This document shows, in pieces, positions 14,001 to 27,805 of a stretch of 64,000 nt of DNA (within the stretch, counting starts at the first letter, position 1; each line of letters starts with the position of its first letter). Under the pieces are notes generated by a model, which did no database searches, was not told the DNA's origin, and was given only the letters and a program-made list of their open reading frames with translations. Source of the DNA: Rotaria socialis. Its lineage: Eukaryota. Location of the stretch: positions 1 to 64,000 of the forward strand of contig CAJNYD010000047.1 in NCBI GenBank assembly GCA_905331295.1, read 5' to 3'. The position numbers and the translations under genes are program-made.

Positions 14001-17000
14001 CATTTTCGAACGAAGCTATAAGAAATCATAGCACAACAAACGTATAAAAAAAATAAAACTTCAGTCTATATACTAAATAAACTGGATCAATCATTTCATC
14101 AAAAAATTGTTCGTATGCTCTAGATAAATCAACTGAGTCACGCTAAAAATAACAAATAAAATAGATAATTGTTGAAATTAATCATCAATACTTACAGTTT
14201 GTTGTTCATCGTTTGGTAAAGGAACGGAGGAGTCCAATACATTTTCTTTATTGGAAGTTTCATCTTCTTCATCGTCTTCTTCTTCGTCATTATCGTCTGA
14301 TTTTGAACTATCTATTAACGAAAAACTAAACTGTAAAAATTTGTTACATTTTCATAAATAGCTAAATGAAATATGGAAATATTAGTGCCAGAACAGATAT
14401 CGATAATTCGAAAAGAAGATAACGAAAGAACAAAAAACAATACATCTAGATTTCTCAATAGATTGACATAATTGTTTGCTTGTTTTTATGTCATTCACAT
14501 GAAATGCATTTACAAATTTGCATTTTAAATTCACCTTTCATACGCTATAAGGCTATTAAAATTCAAAAACCATAGGCTTAAAGAAATACATCAATTTAGC
14601 TATGGATAATTTGAATGATTTGACAAATTCTAAATTAAATGCCAATCATGAAATAAAACATCGAAAATTTATAATTCCTTAATGCTAAGCTCCGAAAGCT
14701 TTTTTTTAATATTTTTTCAAGGAAAAAGCAATCATTTAATTCGCATTTACTACGTAGTTTAAAATGTTTTATAATCATCAGTTACTCAATATAATCTGCC
14801 ATTGAGGGGGTCCTATATTTACCAAAAGCAGTAGCTCATGTCAATAAAATCCAATACACGAGATTTTTCTTATAAGATAACTGGCGTATGCACTTTGTCG
14901 AACAGTTAAGATTTCCTGAGAGAAATTAGTTTGTTTTATATAAATCTCCAGATAATTTGACTCAATGAAAACAAAGTAGATGAAAAATAAATTCTATATG
15001 ATCTTCGAAATAAGCTTTAATTTTCACCTTCATCATCAAGTTCTTCATCTTCAACAATACGAATGCCAGTGTCTTCTGGATCGTCAAGATTATTGCCATT
15101 TAATCCAGGTACTTGCCGATATTTAGTTCCATTTGTAACCGATCTTTTCTTCGTTACTGTTTTTTGTTCTGTTTTTTTCTTGTCTAATTTTGTTCCTTTC
15201 GAAGATTTTGGTCGAATTGATGCTGTTGTTACACATTTTGTTGCCGATGATGATCTTGCTATTGCTGAGCCTATGGAAGATTTAGGGCGTAGACGTTGGT
15301 CAGCAGTAGAAACTCGTTCATTGGTCGGTATGACTGATTTACATTTTTCACGTAGTTCATCAAGATCTTTTACTATTTGAGGATCTAAAAGTATTCTTGA
15401 AAAATTGAATTATCTTAAATTGACTAATCTATCCATACCAGCACTGAGTAATTCATTAGAAACAATATAATCATAGCCTGGTGGTAAATTAAATCTTACT
15501 GGACTAAAAATTGAATCTATCGGTAATTGTTGTTTTGGACAGCAGTGAAGTAAAACTTGACAAGAAAGATCAACAAATGTACAAGAATAATCACTAGGTA
15601 AAACGTTGAGAGCTAGCTCATATAATAAATAAAAACCATTAGCTTCTAAAAATTGAACACGACCGGCCTCTAAATAATTTTTTTGTCAGAAAGAATAATT
15701 ATCATTAAAAAATTAATGAATCTCATTTAAAATAAACATACTTGATTTAACTATATTTAAGAGCACTTTCAAAAGACCTTCTTTAATTTTTACTGTTCGT
15801 GCACGATTTTGTCCTTGGGATTTATCCATTAGAAAAACTACGGCTAATATATCGCGAACAATTGTTGTTGTTGTTGCGCGAGCAGCTAACTTTTCTTCAA
15901 AATTCAAAAACAGCATTTACTGTCGTTATTTATTTATTCACATTCTAACTTACTAGTTTGAGTAAGATGGCGAACAACAGTAATAGATAATCTTTGTAGT
16001 TTAGCATGACGTCGATCAAGTGTTAATGCTAGACGAAGTAATGGTTGCAAACCAGCTGCTCGACATATAGCAGCAGCAGTTATTGCTATTCAAATCAATA
16101 TCTGTTAGATAATATCTATGTTTTAATGAAAATTTACCGTTTTTTGCATAAATTTTTAGAAGAGTTAGAAGAACGGGACAAACTTTTGCATTATAACTAT
16201 AGATACGTAATAATGATATTGTAGATCCTACTGTTTTAAATAGACGAGCTTTTAAAGCAAGACGTTTATCTATAATGAAATATAGATTTTAATAAAATAC
16301 AATCGTTTCAATTGATAAATCACAAACCATGATGACCAATAGCTGCTAAAATTTGATGAATTTGAAGTGAAATATCTTGACCTAAACCGCGATCTTCAGC
16401 TACGACACGAAGAGTATTTAATAGAAAACTGCATACATCATTTTTTATTAAAGATTTCACCAGAGGTCTAGATGTTTCTAAAAAGAAATATATTATTATT
16501 GATCTCGTCAATAATAGCAAACTAAATTGTCAACATTATCCTCCATGTTTATGGGTTGGCTATAATCGTATAAGTTAGAAAAGATAAGAATGATGTTACA
16601 TTTCCTTTTCAATATTTTGTTTACTAGGCTACCAGAGTACGTCTAGTACACATCAATTTTTATTATTATGGAAAAATCATCTGTATCCGCTAGTAGGAAA
16701 TCAATACAGATTCGCTGTTTTTGTTTACATCGGATAAATTCCGCAAAATAAAAGCAATATTTTTTTTGGTCCATCATTATACAATAAAAGAATAGGAAAT
16801 AGTATGATGAACATTATTCGATTGTGAATATATAAATATATTAGTTTCCGATTGTTGTATGAAACAAAATCGACTCTTATGTATCGGTAATTGGCATAAT
16901 CAAGGACTTTTATTTTTATGTTTTTATGTTTCTTTCTCAATGAATCGCTAAAAACATGGAATATTTTGATTGACTGCTTGTCTATCACACTTACTCTTGT

Positions 17001-17709
17001 CGCAATCAAGTATTTCTCGTATAATGTTGAAGATTTGAGCGATGAATTCAAAATCATCAGGACCATTAGTCGTTGAAAGTAAAAGATCAACAATAACGTC
17101 AGCATGTTTATCAACTACGTCTGCATTGGGTTTTTCTAAAAACAAGAAAAAAGAACCAAAATATGATGCATTTGTTAGAGGCATTTTTTTTGTTCTTTTA
17201 AAATTAGCAAGTACCAGCATAAAAAAATTGATTAATTTTTCGAACAGCATAACGAAGTTCATCTTTATTATCAGCTGTTGATATTTTATCACGTGCTAAT
17301 GCTTGACTAATGCGTGTAAACCATGAATCCACCCTATTTAAAGTAAAAATAAACATATAGGCGCTTGTTTTAGCTATATATTTTTGTTTGTTATATTTAA
17401 AAATCGATTGTTTTCTAAGCCATGAGAATTTTAATCTATGTTTTGATTCTTTTTTTTATATTAAAAATGACATTCACATTTAATTTACTCAATGTACTAA
17501 ATCGAGCTATGGGTATTGAAAATGAATCAAACATTCCATATAATTCAAACAGTAGACCAAACTACCAACAGTAAACTCTCTCAACATTCATATAAAATAT
17601 ATGTAAGATCGATTAATGATGATTTTACTTCATGATTAAACCATTTCTTTTCAAAAGAAATAAATATTACTATAAAAACTTACATTTTTAATCGTTTTAA
17701 TGTCGACAT
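11050..17709 (-). CDS. AGTPBP1: Cytosolic carboxypeptidase (CCP1/AGTPBP1/Nna1 or CCP4-like tubulin deglutamylase, M14D)
   Basis: [18 protein letters not shown], zinc ligands [11 protein letters not shown] and [32 protein letters not shown], plus a long helical N-terminal region. Stop at 11050-11052; the start at 17709 is tentative. Confidence 0.9.
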
Positions 17710-19044
17710 GTCTTAAGTGCTTTGCTACAAGTGTGTTAATTATTAAACTGCAAAAAGCAAAGTACAACCTACTTGATAGGAGGCATTGATAATATGTCGA
17801 AAATAATCACAGTGAATTCTAGACAAGCAAACTGTCGAAATTCATAAACACAAAAGGATAATAGAACTATAAATATAGTCAGATAACGAGACGAAAGCAA
17901 TAACCATAATATATATATATATATATATAGATATATATAGAAAATCTAAAAGATAGATAGTGAATGGCTTGTATTACTTTTACAACAACAACGTAAGATG
18001 GTACACAGAATGACATCACGCACAGAAAAATAACGATGCTATTTTTTGCTTCTGCCAGGCGTCAATAAGATTGAAGAGCTTATAGACAGAATGCGGATAC
18101 CACTGGTAGACTCGCATTATGCATTTGTTTCTTTCTCTCTAAGCACATGCCAATGAAGAAGGAATAAAAAAACAACCAACAATTGCGATGGCTTTTATTT
18201 TTCTTTTGTAAATAACTACTAATAGATTTCATTTTTGTATTTTTCTTTCTGTAGAATATAAAGTAATCTAAAGCGAAAAAAAGTAGACCAACTAATACAA
18301 ACATGAATTGATATGTGTTCGGAGAGCAAGTTTCAATATTTTTTTTCCAATTTTTGTCGAAACTAAATATATTTCTTAAATAAACATTGTTTGCAATGTG
18401 TCTTATATAAGTTTGCCATAAAGTAGGAAAATTAATTATAAAAGAAAATATTCGAGAAAGGCGTTTACTTTTCTTTGTAACCCTCAAAACACAAAAACAA
18501 TCGCTGCCCATGATGATTACAAAAAGAATTTTAAATATTCACATAGTCGATGTCTAAAATATTTTTATGTTTTCATATTTATTTAAAAAAAGATTCTAGC
18601 TGATGGGCGGAAAACAAGTCTATATTATGTTATCTATGACTGATAATCATTTGATAATGATAAGGGGAAAACATACAATACTTAACTCAGTACAAACAAT
18701 AGTTAAAAAAGTATGTTGTACAAAATTCACCATCAAAAACAAAATAAATAAAATAAAATAGGGTAAGTTTATTCCATTGCAAAAAAATATCAATAAAAAT
18801 CACTTTGGTCGTTAAGTATACCCTATTGTTGCCTAGTAGACCGAACTCTATAATTTTTCTTTTTTTTCAAAGTTTTTGATTGGTCTTCTCATATTACCAA
18901 TGAACAAATTGACTTCAGCTGACAAAAAAAAATTTCTTTTTCTTATTTTTATTGATATACGAAGATTATTGATACTTATACATGTTTAGATCTCATTCAC
19001 TACTTGCCAGATAAGTATCTTGAAACGGTTAAACAAAATAGAAT

Positions 19045-20987
19045 ATGCCGATACCGATAGAAAAAATTCAAGTAGTTGAACATGAATTCCAACGACAGCA
19101 TGACAGTGATGATGAAAGCGATGACAACCAAAATCAACATCAACATCAACATCATCATCAAATTCGTCATACAACCGCAATGACGCCACCTGAGCAAGAT
19201 TTTTCTTTTCTGAAGAATCATGGACAAGCAAAACGTTCTGTCCATTATGATATTGAACAAATCGATAGCTATGAAACTCGACCACTAAGAGTTGCTCATG
19301 AAAATGAACAACAATTCGATAATGTTTTACGTCGACGATATATTGCACATTGGGGTTTACCAGGTTAATATTATTTTATTGAAATACGCAAAATCTACAT
19401 ATAAAAGATAATATCTCAAGGATATATGGCGTTTTAAATATCATGACCTTTTCTTTTGTTTATCTATATTTAGTGTCAGAAACTTTTGACACAGTAGCTA
19501 TTTGTTTGGAAAGCGTGTTCTTTTTGCTATGAAAAAACGACAAATTAGATGCCATTAAAAAATGATTTCTTGATCAATTTTTTTTGAATAACTTCTTTCT
19601 TCAATTCATTTAGAATGGCTTGGTGATAATCATTTTCTCTTACAAAAACATCGTCCACCAGCTAATTCTGTTCGTGAATGTCTCATATCAATAGCATCAA
19701 TACACAGTGAAACAGTTAATATTTGGACACATTTAATAGGTGCATTATGTGTTGCTGTTACATTTGTACTTTTTCTTATTGATAATCATCGACAAATGGA
19801 TTTAAGTGATTTTATATCATTTAGTGTTTTTTTTATATCAGCTATATTATGTTTAACATTTTCGACTTTACTTCATGTATTTATTAATTATTCGCCACGT
19901 GTTATGGTAATTGTTTCCAAACTTGATTACATGGGTAAGAAATAGGAATTTTAGGAATGCAAAGAAAAAGAAAAAAGTTAATTAATAGCCTGAAAAGTGT
20001 CAATCTGTTTTGATAAGGATCAAATTGAAATGAATCATTTTCTTTTCTTCTTTTCTATTCTTATAAATGCAATTAGAATATTTATACGTTGATAAATATT
20101 GGTACAATGCCTCTAAGATTGATTACACAGGCTTCTATGGTATAAAAATAGAATATTTAAATAGTTATTTTATACTTTTTGAAAAATAATGGATACATCA
20201 TTTTAAAGAAATAATCATTTTTTTCTTCTACTTGGAAAAAGTCTTCATACAGAATTTGCGAGCATAATTAATTAAAAAAAACTATTATTAGAAATCCAAT
20301 TTAAAATGCATTTCTTTCTTTAGGGATTAGTATTTTAATATTTGGTTCAATGATTCCAGTGATCCATTATTTATTTTATTGCAATTTAAAACTTAAAACA
20401 ATATATATTGGTATCTTACTGGGACTTTCTATTGCGTCAGTTATTGGCACAAGTAGCGCGGCATGCGCAAAACCACGATGTCGTCCATTTAAAGCGATTC
20501 TATTTATTGCTTTAGGTCTTTATGGTATGAAGAATTTTTTTTACGCTCCTTATTTAATTATGATTGATATTCTTGTTAACTTTAGGTGCCGCCCCGGCAA
20601 CTCATGCATGTATTCTTCACGGTTTTCCACGTATGTTTCAGATGGGATTTCTATATCTTGTTATTATGGCTGTAACTTATATTTCTGGCGGTGTTATCTA
20701 TGCTGTTCGTATACCAGAACGATTTTTTCCAGGTAATTAGTCATAATATGTATGCATATATATATATATATATTCACGAAAAATTTCTGCTTGTTCAAGG
20801 GCGTTTCGATATCATTGGACACAGTCATCAAATATTGCATATCGCAGTAATTGCTGCTGTTTATTTACATTTCTACGGAATTTGTTGTTTATTCAATACC
20901 GTGATCCGAACCGAGCAATGCATTATGCCGATAACATTGAAACTTGGTGTGACTGATCTATCTATTTCATCAACTGCGATAGAATAA
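19045..20987 (+). CDS. Adiponectin-receptor-like PAQR family 7TM protein
   Basis: LPEWLGDNHFL..HRPP, SIHSETVNIWTHL, SKLDYMGI, RIPERFFPGRFDIIGHSHQILH across 4 exons; QH-rich N-terminal tail. Confidence 0.92.
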
Positions 20988-21153
20988 AATAAAAGCTTAT
21001 TTGTATAAATAACAGGAACAAAAAAAACACACACAAAATTTGCGATTCTACTCTATTGTTTAGTGTTGATGTCTTTCAATCTTTTCTATTCCTAATTTGC
21101 ATGTCAAAGTCATTTGGTTTGTTCTTCTTTTTGAATATAATCAATAGATTATG

Positions 21154-21555
21154 TTAAATTTTGATCAGATCATTGCTTAATAAAGAATCACCAACGACTG
21201 CTATATACGGTTCCACTGAATGCTTGGTGACAATACCATTAAGAACATAAGGATCTTGCTTTGCAAGTTGTTCTATTTCATTCGATGATAAATTGCGAAA
21301 GATAAGCAAAGCACCTGTTGGCGGACTACCATAGGCACCACCTAAAATAACATTTCCCTTCTCGACTTGTTTACCAATAAAAGCCAAATGAGCTTCTCTA
21401 TGTGGTTTTCTTTTTTCCATTACATCAGCGATATATTCATATTGTAAAATATGAAGTTTAGGTTGAATTGCCCCAGTCGACGATGTTGATGCCATGCTTA
21501 ATCTAAAGATACAATTCTTGCCAATTAAATGTCGAGTAATTAAAGATGTCCACAT
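21154..21555 (-). CDS. YciI/YCII-family protein, intronless, possible mitochondrial presequence
   Basis: R..HREAHL, LGGA, GALLIF and DPYVLNG pattern typical of YciI dimeric alpha-beta barrels. N-terminal about 20 aa are Arg/Ser-containing with no acidic residues. Confidence 0.85.
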   Translation of the reverse strand: MWTSLITRHLIGKNCIFRLSMASTSSTGAIQPKLHILQYEYIADVMEKRKPHREAHLAFIGKQVEKGNVILGGAYGSPPTGALLIFRNLSSNEIEQLAKQDPYVLNGIVTKHSVEPYIAVVGDSLLSNDLIKI

Positions 21556-21985
21556 ATATTTGTTTATTTTATTTTTCTAGAATGTTTAGATCTTCTTTTT
21601 TTTTAAATCTTGTATGGATGGTTTAGAAGAAAAGAAAAACAGAAGACAAAAAAACGTTATTTTCCATCTCATAGTCCCGCACTGTTTTTTTTTCTCTTCC
21701 CTGTTTGTAAATACACACATGTATAGAGAGAAGACATTTTTTTAAAATGAATAAACACAAACAACGACACGTACATAGATTACTTATGAAAGTTAGGACA
21801 TGATGGCACAGTCACAATAAAAGATTGATTGACCAGAGCGAGAAAAACACAAACAAAAGAAAAAGTTAACTTTACAATAGAACAAAACTAAAACGAAATA
21901 GGTAGATTTGTATAATCTATTGCTTGTGTCATCCAAAAATGAGATTCACTTGTTATAGAATAGGCATATACATGTATTGATGTTC

Positions 21986-24900
21986 TTATTGTGGGGTTCT
22001 TGTTAATACTCCCGGTGCACGTTCAACACGAATACTAGTGAAACCTTTTGATTTTTCGTCAGCATTGCGTGGTTGTCGAATAATAATTAATTTTTGACGT
22101 TTATTCTCATCAAAATTCACTGATCTAAGTTTGGTTATTAATCTATCAGGTCGTTGAAGGGTACTGAAAAAAGAAAAACAAAACATTTACACTTGTGAAT
22201 CATTATTTTTAGTCGGTATTTTAAATACACATCTAGTATTAAACTGGGCGTGCGAAAAAATAATCATATATGTGTTGATTGCATTGAAAATTAATAGCAA
22301 ATCTTTGTATCTTATCTATGGGTAGCATTGAATTAATGATTAATATTTAAACTACAATAAAAACACGTTAATCTTCAGATTTCTAAATAGTGCATGGATT
22401 TTTTCTCTGCTTTAATGAAAATATTTTACGATGAGAATAATATCTTTTGAACAAGTAACTATTACTTCGATTAACGCATGAAGCTATCTAACATCTTCCA
22501 TCCTGTCAGCCTTCACGCACTATTATCTGCCAGTAGACATATTCTCATCTGACATCACCAGAGGCAAATGAAGAACACTCTTTTTAGTCTCTACTACACG
22601 CATGATTTCTATGAGGAATTAATTATCTTTCTGTTATAAATGCAGTACTATTCAATATAAGATTGTATTAGACATTATACGACATCTATCACAAGACATA
22701 TTTGCTAGCACAATATCGTAAGTTAAAAGTAACAAGTGAGAAAATTTTTAGGAAAATCAAAACAAAAGGAAAGCCATTTTTGAAAGTTTAAAGCTAAAGG
22801 TAGATTTTTACGAATTATCAAATGCTAATGAAAGACATGATCATTTTTTGGGAAAACTTTGTTTTGTGCTGAAGACACAGACATATATATTCAAAGTACT
22901 GACAGACAATATTTGTTTGTCAACAAAATAAACTTACTTAATTCGGCGTAATTTACTTGCACATGGTTTGCCACTCTTTAAGTTATATTGAGCATAGAAT
23001 TCAACTTCATCACCGGGCCGTAATTCAACGCCTCCGTCAACTTCAGAATTATGAAAAAATATTTTCTTATTTTCTTCGCATGCAAAATCAATGAAACCAA
23101 ACTAGAAAAAGATTCACTTGTTTTTTTTTGAAAATTATGAATATAGATTATATCAATAGCTATTGCTATTTACCTGTCCTTTAACTGTATCAATTTTTCC
23201 TTTACGTATTTCATTTTCTAAAACAATATTGGCAGCACGTTGTGAATAATCAAGTCCAACGGCAACAGAAAATGTTACTGCATCATTTGGTAATAAAATA
23301 ACTCGTTTGTTTTTGGCACCTGTTATGCTATATGTAAAACATTCGCCTGGATTACCATCAGCAGTTAATTTTTGAATTCTACCGAGTATTTCACAGTCAT
23401 CATTTGTTATCATTCGCACAGGTGATACAACACGACCACGATAAACTGTTGGGAGTACTGACTAAAAGAAAAAACATTAAAAAAAGTTATTAGCACAATT
23501 CCTGCACCGATGTCTCTCATAATTTATGATTCCATCTATATATGAGCAACATAATCAGAATGCAAAACTGATTGGTCTCGTTTATGGCTGCATATTTTAG
23601 AGAAAAAAAAGCTCGATTAAGATTTGAAAATTAACTTACATAGAAATTATTAATGGCTGCTGGCACTTTGAGAATGTTTTCAGCTGTTAACCGGCCAGAA
23701 TTTTTTCTTAAACTAAATTCAACTTCATCTCCTAAGTCAATTAGCGTATTATCACCCGTAAATGAATTAGTTGTAAATGCAATTGGCTCGATATTATTCG
23801 TTGTACTATTGGGTTCAATAAATCCTTTTCCTTCACGAATAATTGCAATCCAACCACGAGTACGATTTCGTTCAACTAATGCTACATTTGTTGCCACTTT
23901 ACTACCTGACAAAACTGTAAATTCCACCTGAAAATTATAGATAAAAAGAAAACATGATATATTCTCCAAACAAGTTTCTTTTCTTCATACTTTATCACCA
24001 TAATATAATGCTGATGTATTGCTTATATTTGTGGATAGAAATGGAATTGTAGCTTCAATTCCATCACATACATATCGAATAATACCTGGTTCTGATTGAC
24101 GATTCGTAGGATTAGATATTGAATCGTTACCTTGTGTTTGTTGTATTTTATTTTCAGTCGTGGACCTCGCATCATTTCCACGATTAGTTCGTTCTAAACA
24201 ATTTTTTAATTGGATTCAGAAGAAATTCTATTTAGTTTTATAGATAATATATACTAACCTGTTCGTCCATCTTGTGGATCACGTTCAATAATACCTGTTA
24301 ATCGTAATTCGCGACCATTAATCAGATTTAATAAACTATCTTTTGATAATAATTTAATACGAATAGCATGCGGTAAGTCCTAACAAAAACAAACACAACA
24401 AGAAAAGGTTTCTTCTTGGTTGAAAACAATAATCAAAACTAACCCCATTATTTGGACTGATTGCTAATGAGAATTCTAATGGATCACCTTCGCTTATTTG
24501 AAAATTATCTTTCATGACTTCACTAAATCGAAATGGAACTACTTGATCCGACAAGAAACATTTAATCTGACCACCTGATGTATTATCTAATTTTATAACA
24601 ATACCCTATGAAAAACAAAAAGCAAGAATATCTTAGGAACGTAATTAAAGAAGAAGAACAAAAGATGATTTACCATTTCTCGATGCTCTTTCGATTTTAG
24701 AAAACTTTGATCGAGTAAAGATATCTGTGTAGCACGCATCATACCGTCACGTTTATCTTTGGCAATAACGAATTGAACAATATCATTTTCAAGCAATGTA
24801 TATAAACCGCAGCGATCTCGTTCACCAAATGGTAATTCAGACATTTTACTATTTAAAATAGAGCTTGTTAACTTTCTTAGAAAAGATTATTCGAAAATGT

Positions 24901-25748
24901 TTACTTGTCAAATGCATCATAAATTAAACGGCCAGCTAATGCATCATTTGATTTTTTTGCTTTGATTTGTAATGGCTGTAATACTCGACCAATATAAGGT
25001 GTTTTGTCTATTTCATCGAATTTTACGGTACCATTCGGCAGTATAATAATGTTAATAGCCACTTCTTTGTTCTAAAACAAAATGGCTTCATTAATTCTAT
25101 ATGTATTATCAAATAAAATTTCTAGAAATTTTTCTTGCAAACAAGACATATACTGCTGTGACTCTCGTCATTGAAAAAAAAGGAAGAGTTGTCGAAAAGA
25201 TTCAATTGATATAATTATTTACTTGAAGCAATTACAAAACAAAATTCAATATCACGACTGACGATAAGCTATGTCTATTATATTATTATTATTATTCAAG
25301 TTACAAGTTACTTTTTTTTATATAATTCATTAGCATGAGTAACAAAACTGTCTCAAAGACGTACGTCCTTCGTAAATCTTCTGGTAATTTCTTCATTAAT
25401 TTTAGATAATTCAATTTATGATCAATAGATTCAAAGTTTAAATCTTTACAAAATTTTTCAACATGAGACAATCGTAGAATATTTTTTGCTGAAGAGAACA
25501 CAATGATATATTAGTATATTTCGTAACATATAAGTTTTTGTTAAGAACCAATTGTACTGTCTCTGAAATTAAACGATGGGATATTCGCACTTGTCTTAGT
25601 TTCCTTTGAATGTTTTCAAACATTTTATTTCCTGTCAATTTTAATGGATCTCATTACAACAGGATAGTAATGCGCATATGATGATATGTTCCACAGAGAG
25701 ATATCAATCTCTGACACTTGCGTTGGAAGTCTAGATATTTATGAAATA

Positions 25749-25783
<35 letters not shown>

Positions 25784-27805
25784 CTTATTTATTTATTTAT
25801 TTATTTATGTATCAGACCGCAGCGTAATTCTCCTAAAAACGCAATTGCTCCTGAAAACAACGACAAAAGGTTATCGCCAAAGGTTAGGTTTAGACATAGG
25901 CATATTACTTTTACAAAACGATACCAAAATCTTTCGAGATATTCGAAATGCTTTCATAGAACGGCTGGTTGAGTTTGTTTTTGTACTTCTGTGACCCTTA
26001 CGCTGCGGTTAGTCAACAACATTCATTAATTTGGTGCCGTACTATCTATGACCTTCACAGCTACTGTTATCCAAGTCTGACTAACGAAGATTGATAGTTA
26101 TATTAGCAAAATACAAATATGCGTAGTTTTCTAGCTACTCCAGATGGTCTGGTTATTTTCAAATATACTAACTTGCAAAGGTAAAATCGAGCTATTAATC
26201 GTTTCTATTCTATAAATAAATGACTGATTGAAAATATTAGCAATACATTTGATTTATTTCTATGCAAAAAAAGACTAACTAGAAATTCGTAACCTGATTC
26301 GACCAAAAACTATCTTTAAAATTAAATTTTCATCTCGCTCGTAGGATTCTAGTTGAAATGCGAAGCTACATTTTACATAAACCTTAAACATAATTTATTT
26401 TGATCATAGAAAAATTAATCATTTACAAATACATATTTGGCACACGACATTTCCAGTTCACACACTAATGATTGGTGTCAAAAAAAACACAGGTATCATT
26501 GTGTTTATTTTAAGCAAATATGTTTTTTTGAAATACTCTATGAATACAACACTTCTAGGAAAACAAATATTTGTAATCATTTATTCTGTCTAAAAGATTA
26601 TCGATGTTCTACAAATAGTCTGACTAGAAATTTTTTAATATCAGAACAAATTGACCTTGACTTTATTCTAGACTACAACAGCAACTATAATACAATTACA
26701 TCTTATTCCTCAATGGATAAAATCTTTTCATTTCGAAAACAATACTATTATCTCTTTAACAAAAAAAACCTCATTTCAGTAACTTACGTGTCTATCTTGA
26801 ATATCGAATTCAACTTCTACACCTGGATGAACTGTGTTCGTTGCTACATTTGGTCCGAATTCAGTTATATGAAAAAATATTTCTTTAAGTGCATCTTCTC
26901 GTTCAATGAAACCAAAGCTATCTTTCATTGTTGATATAACCCCACGAGAACGCTTAACAGGTGCTGCTGCTACTACTGGTGAATTCATTTTTTTAACAAC
27001 GGCTATATTTCGTGCAAAAAATTGATTTGTACGACGATCTTGGCCAACATTGAACGTTACCTTAATCATCAAAACAAAAAACTAAAATCTAATGTAAGTA
27101 AAGTTTAACTAACTTGATCTCCAACTTTAACTGGAATTGTTTGCTCTTGTAAATCAGCTAAACCATATGGTAAAAAGTAAGTTTCTCCTTTTTTAACATA
27201 AGTAACTTTTCCATCGGGCATAAAATTTACAGTATCGAACTAAAAGAATACAAAATATTTTTGATCAAAATAAACATTAGAATTGAAATCTACCCCATTA
27301 GTGAGTGGTGGTGGTGGTGGTTGTCGTGCAACTACTGCAATAGTACCATCAACGCGATTCTCACCGATAATCTCCGAACTAACAGGTACCAGATTAATAG
27401 CAACTGGCTTTTGTTTTCGTTTATCTATTGTTGTTTCGAATTCAACCACATCTATAGAAACGAAAAGAAAAGAAAAAATTGTTATTAGTAAAATATCATC
27501 GAGTTCTAACCTCCTATTTTCGCTTGTTGTATGTCATTTTTATATTCACTGAAGTGAAAAAAATACCGACCATCACGATGACAACAATAAACAAAACCGT
27601 AAGTTGAACATAGTTTTTCAATAATGCCCAATTCACGTTGAGATTTATTATTGTCAATTTCGTCTGTATTATTGATATTTTTCATGGATGCTGCTGGAAA
27701 TTGACTATGATCTAAAAAAAAACAAATATCAATTTAAAATAAAATCACTTCTATCTTTGTTGCTTGTTACTTACTTTGATAGAGTTCGCTTGGTACAGAT
27801 GTCAT
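21986..27805 (-). CDS. CSDE1: Cold-shock domain protein E1 (Unr)
   Basis: Repeated cold-shock domains (GIIEKLCSTYGFV..FFHFS; GVISTMKDSFGFIERED..FFHITE; GKIDTVKGQFGFIDF..FFHNSE) and the CSDE1-like C-terminal RPDRLITKLRS...IIRQPRNAD..KGF. ATG at 27805, stop at 21986. Confidence 0.95.
25816..26009. mobile_element. Small MITE-like element in a CSDE1 intron
   Basis: Perfect 12-bp inverted repeat ACCGCAGCGTAA (25816-25827) / TTACGCTGCGGT (25998-26009), internal GGTTAGGTTTAG, next to a (TA)n/(TTAT)n tract. Confidence 0.55.

Noticed and set aside
18080..18511. 143-aa minus-strand ORF
   Set aside because: F/K/I-biased translation of AT-rich intergenic DNA.
26437..26934. 165-aa plus-strand ORF
   Set aside because: Antisense to a CSDE1 exon and intron, non-ATG start, no motifs.
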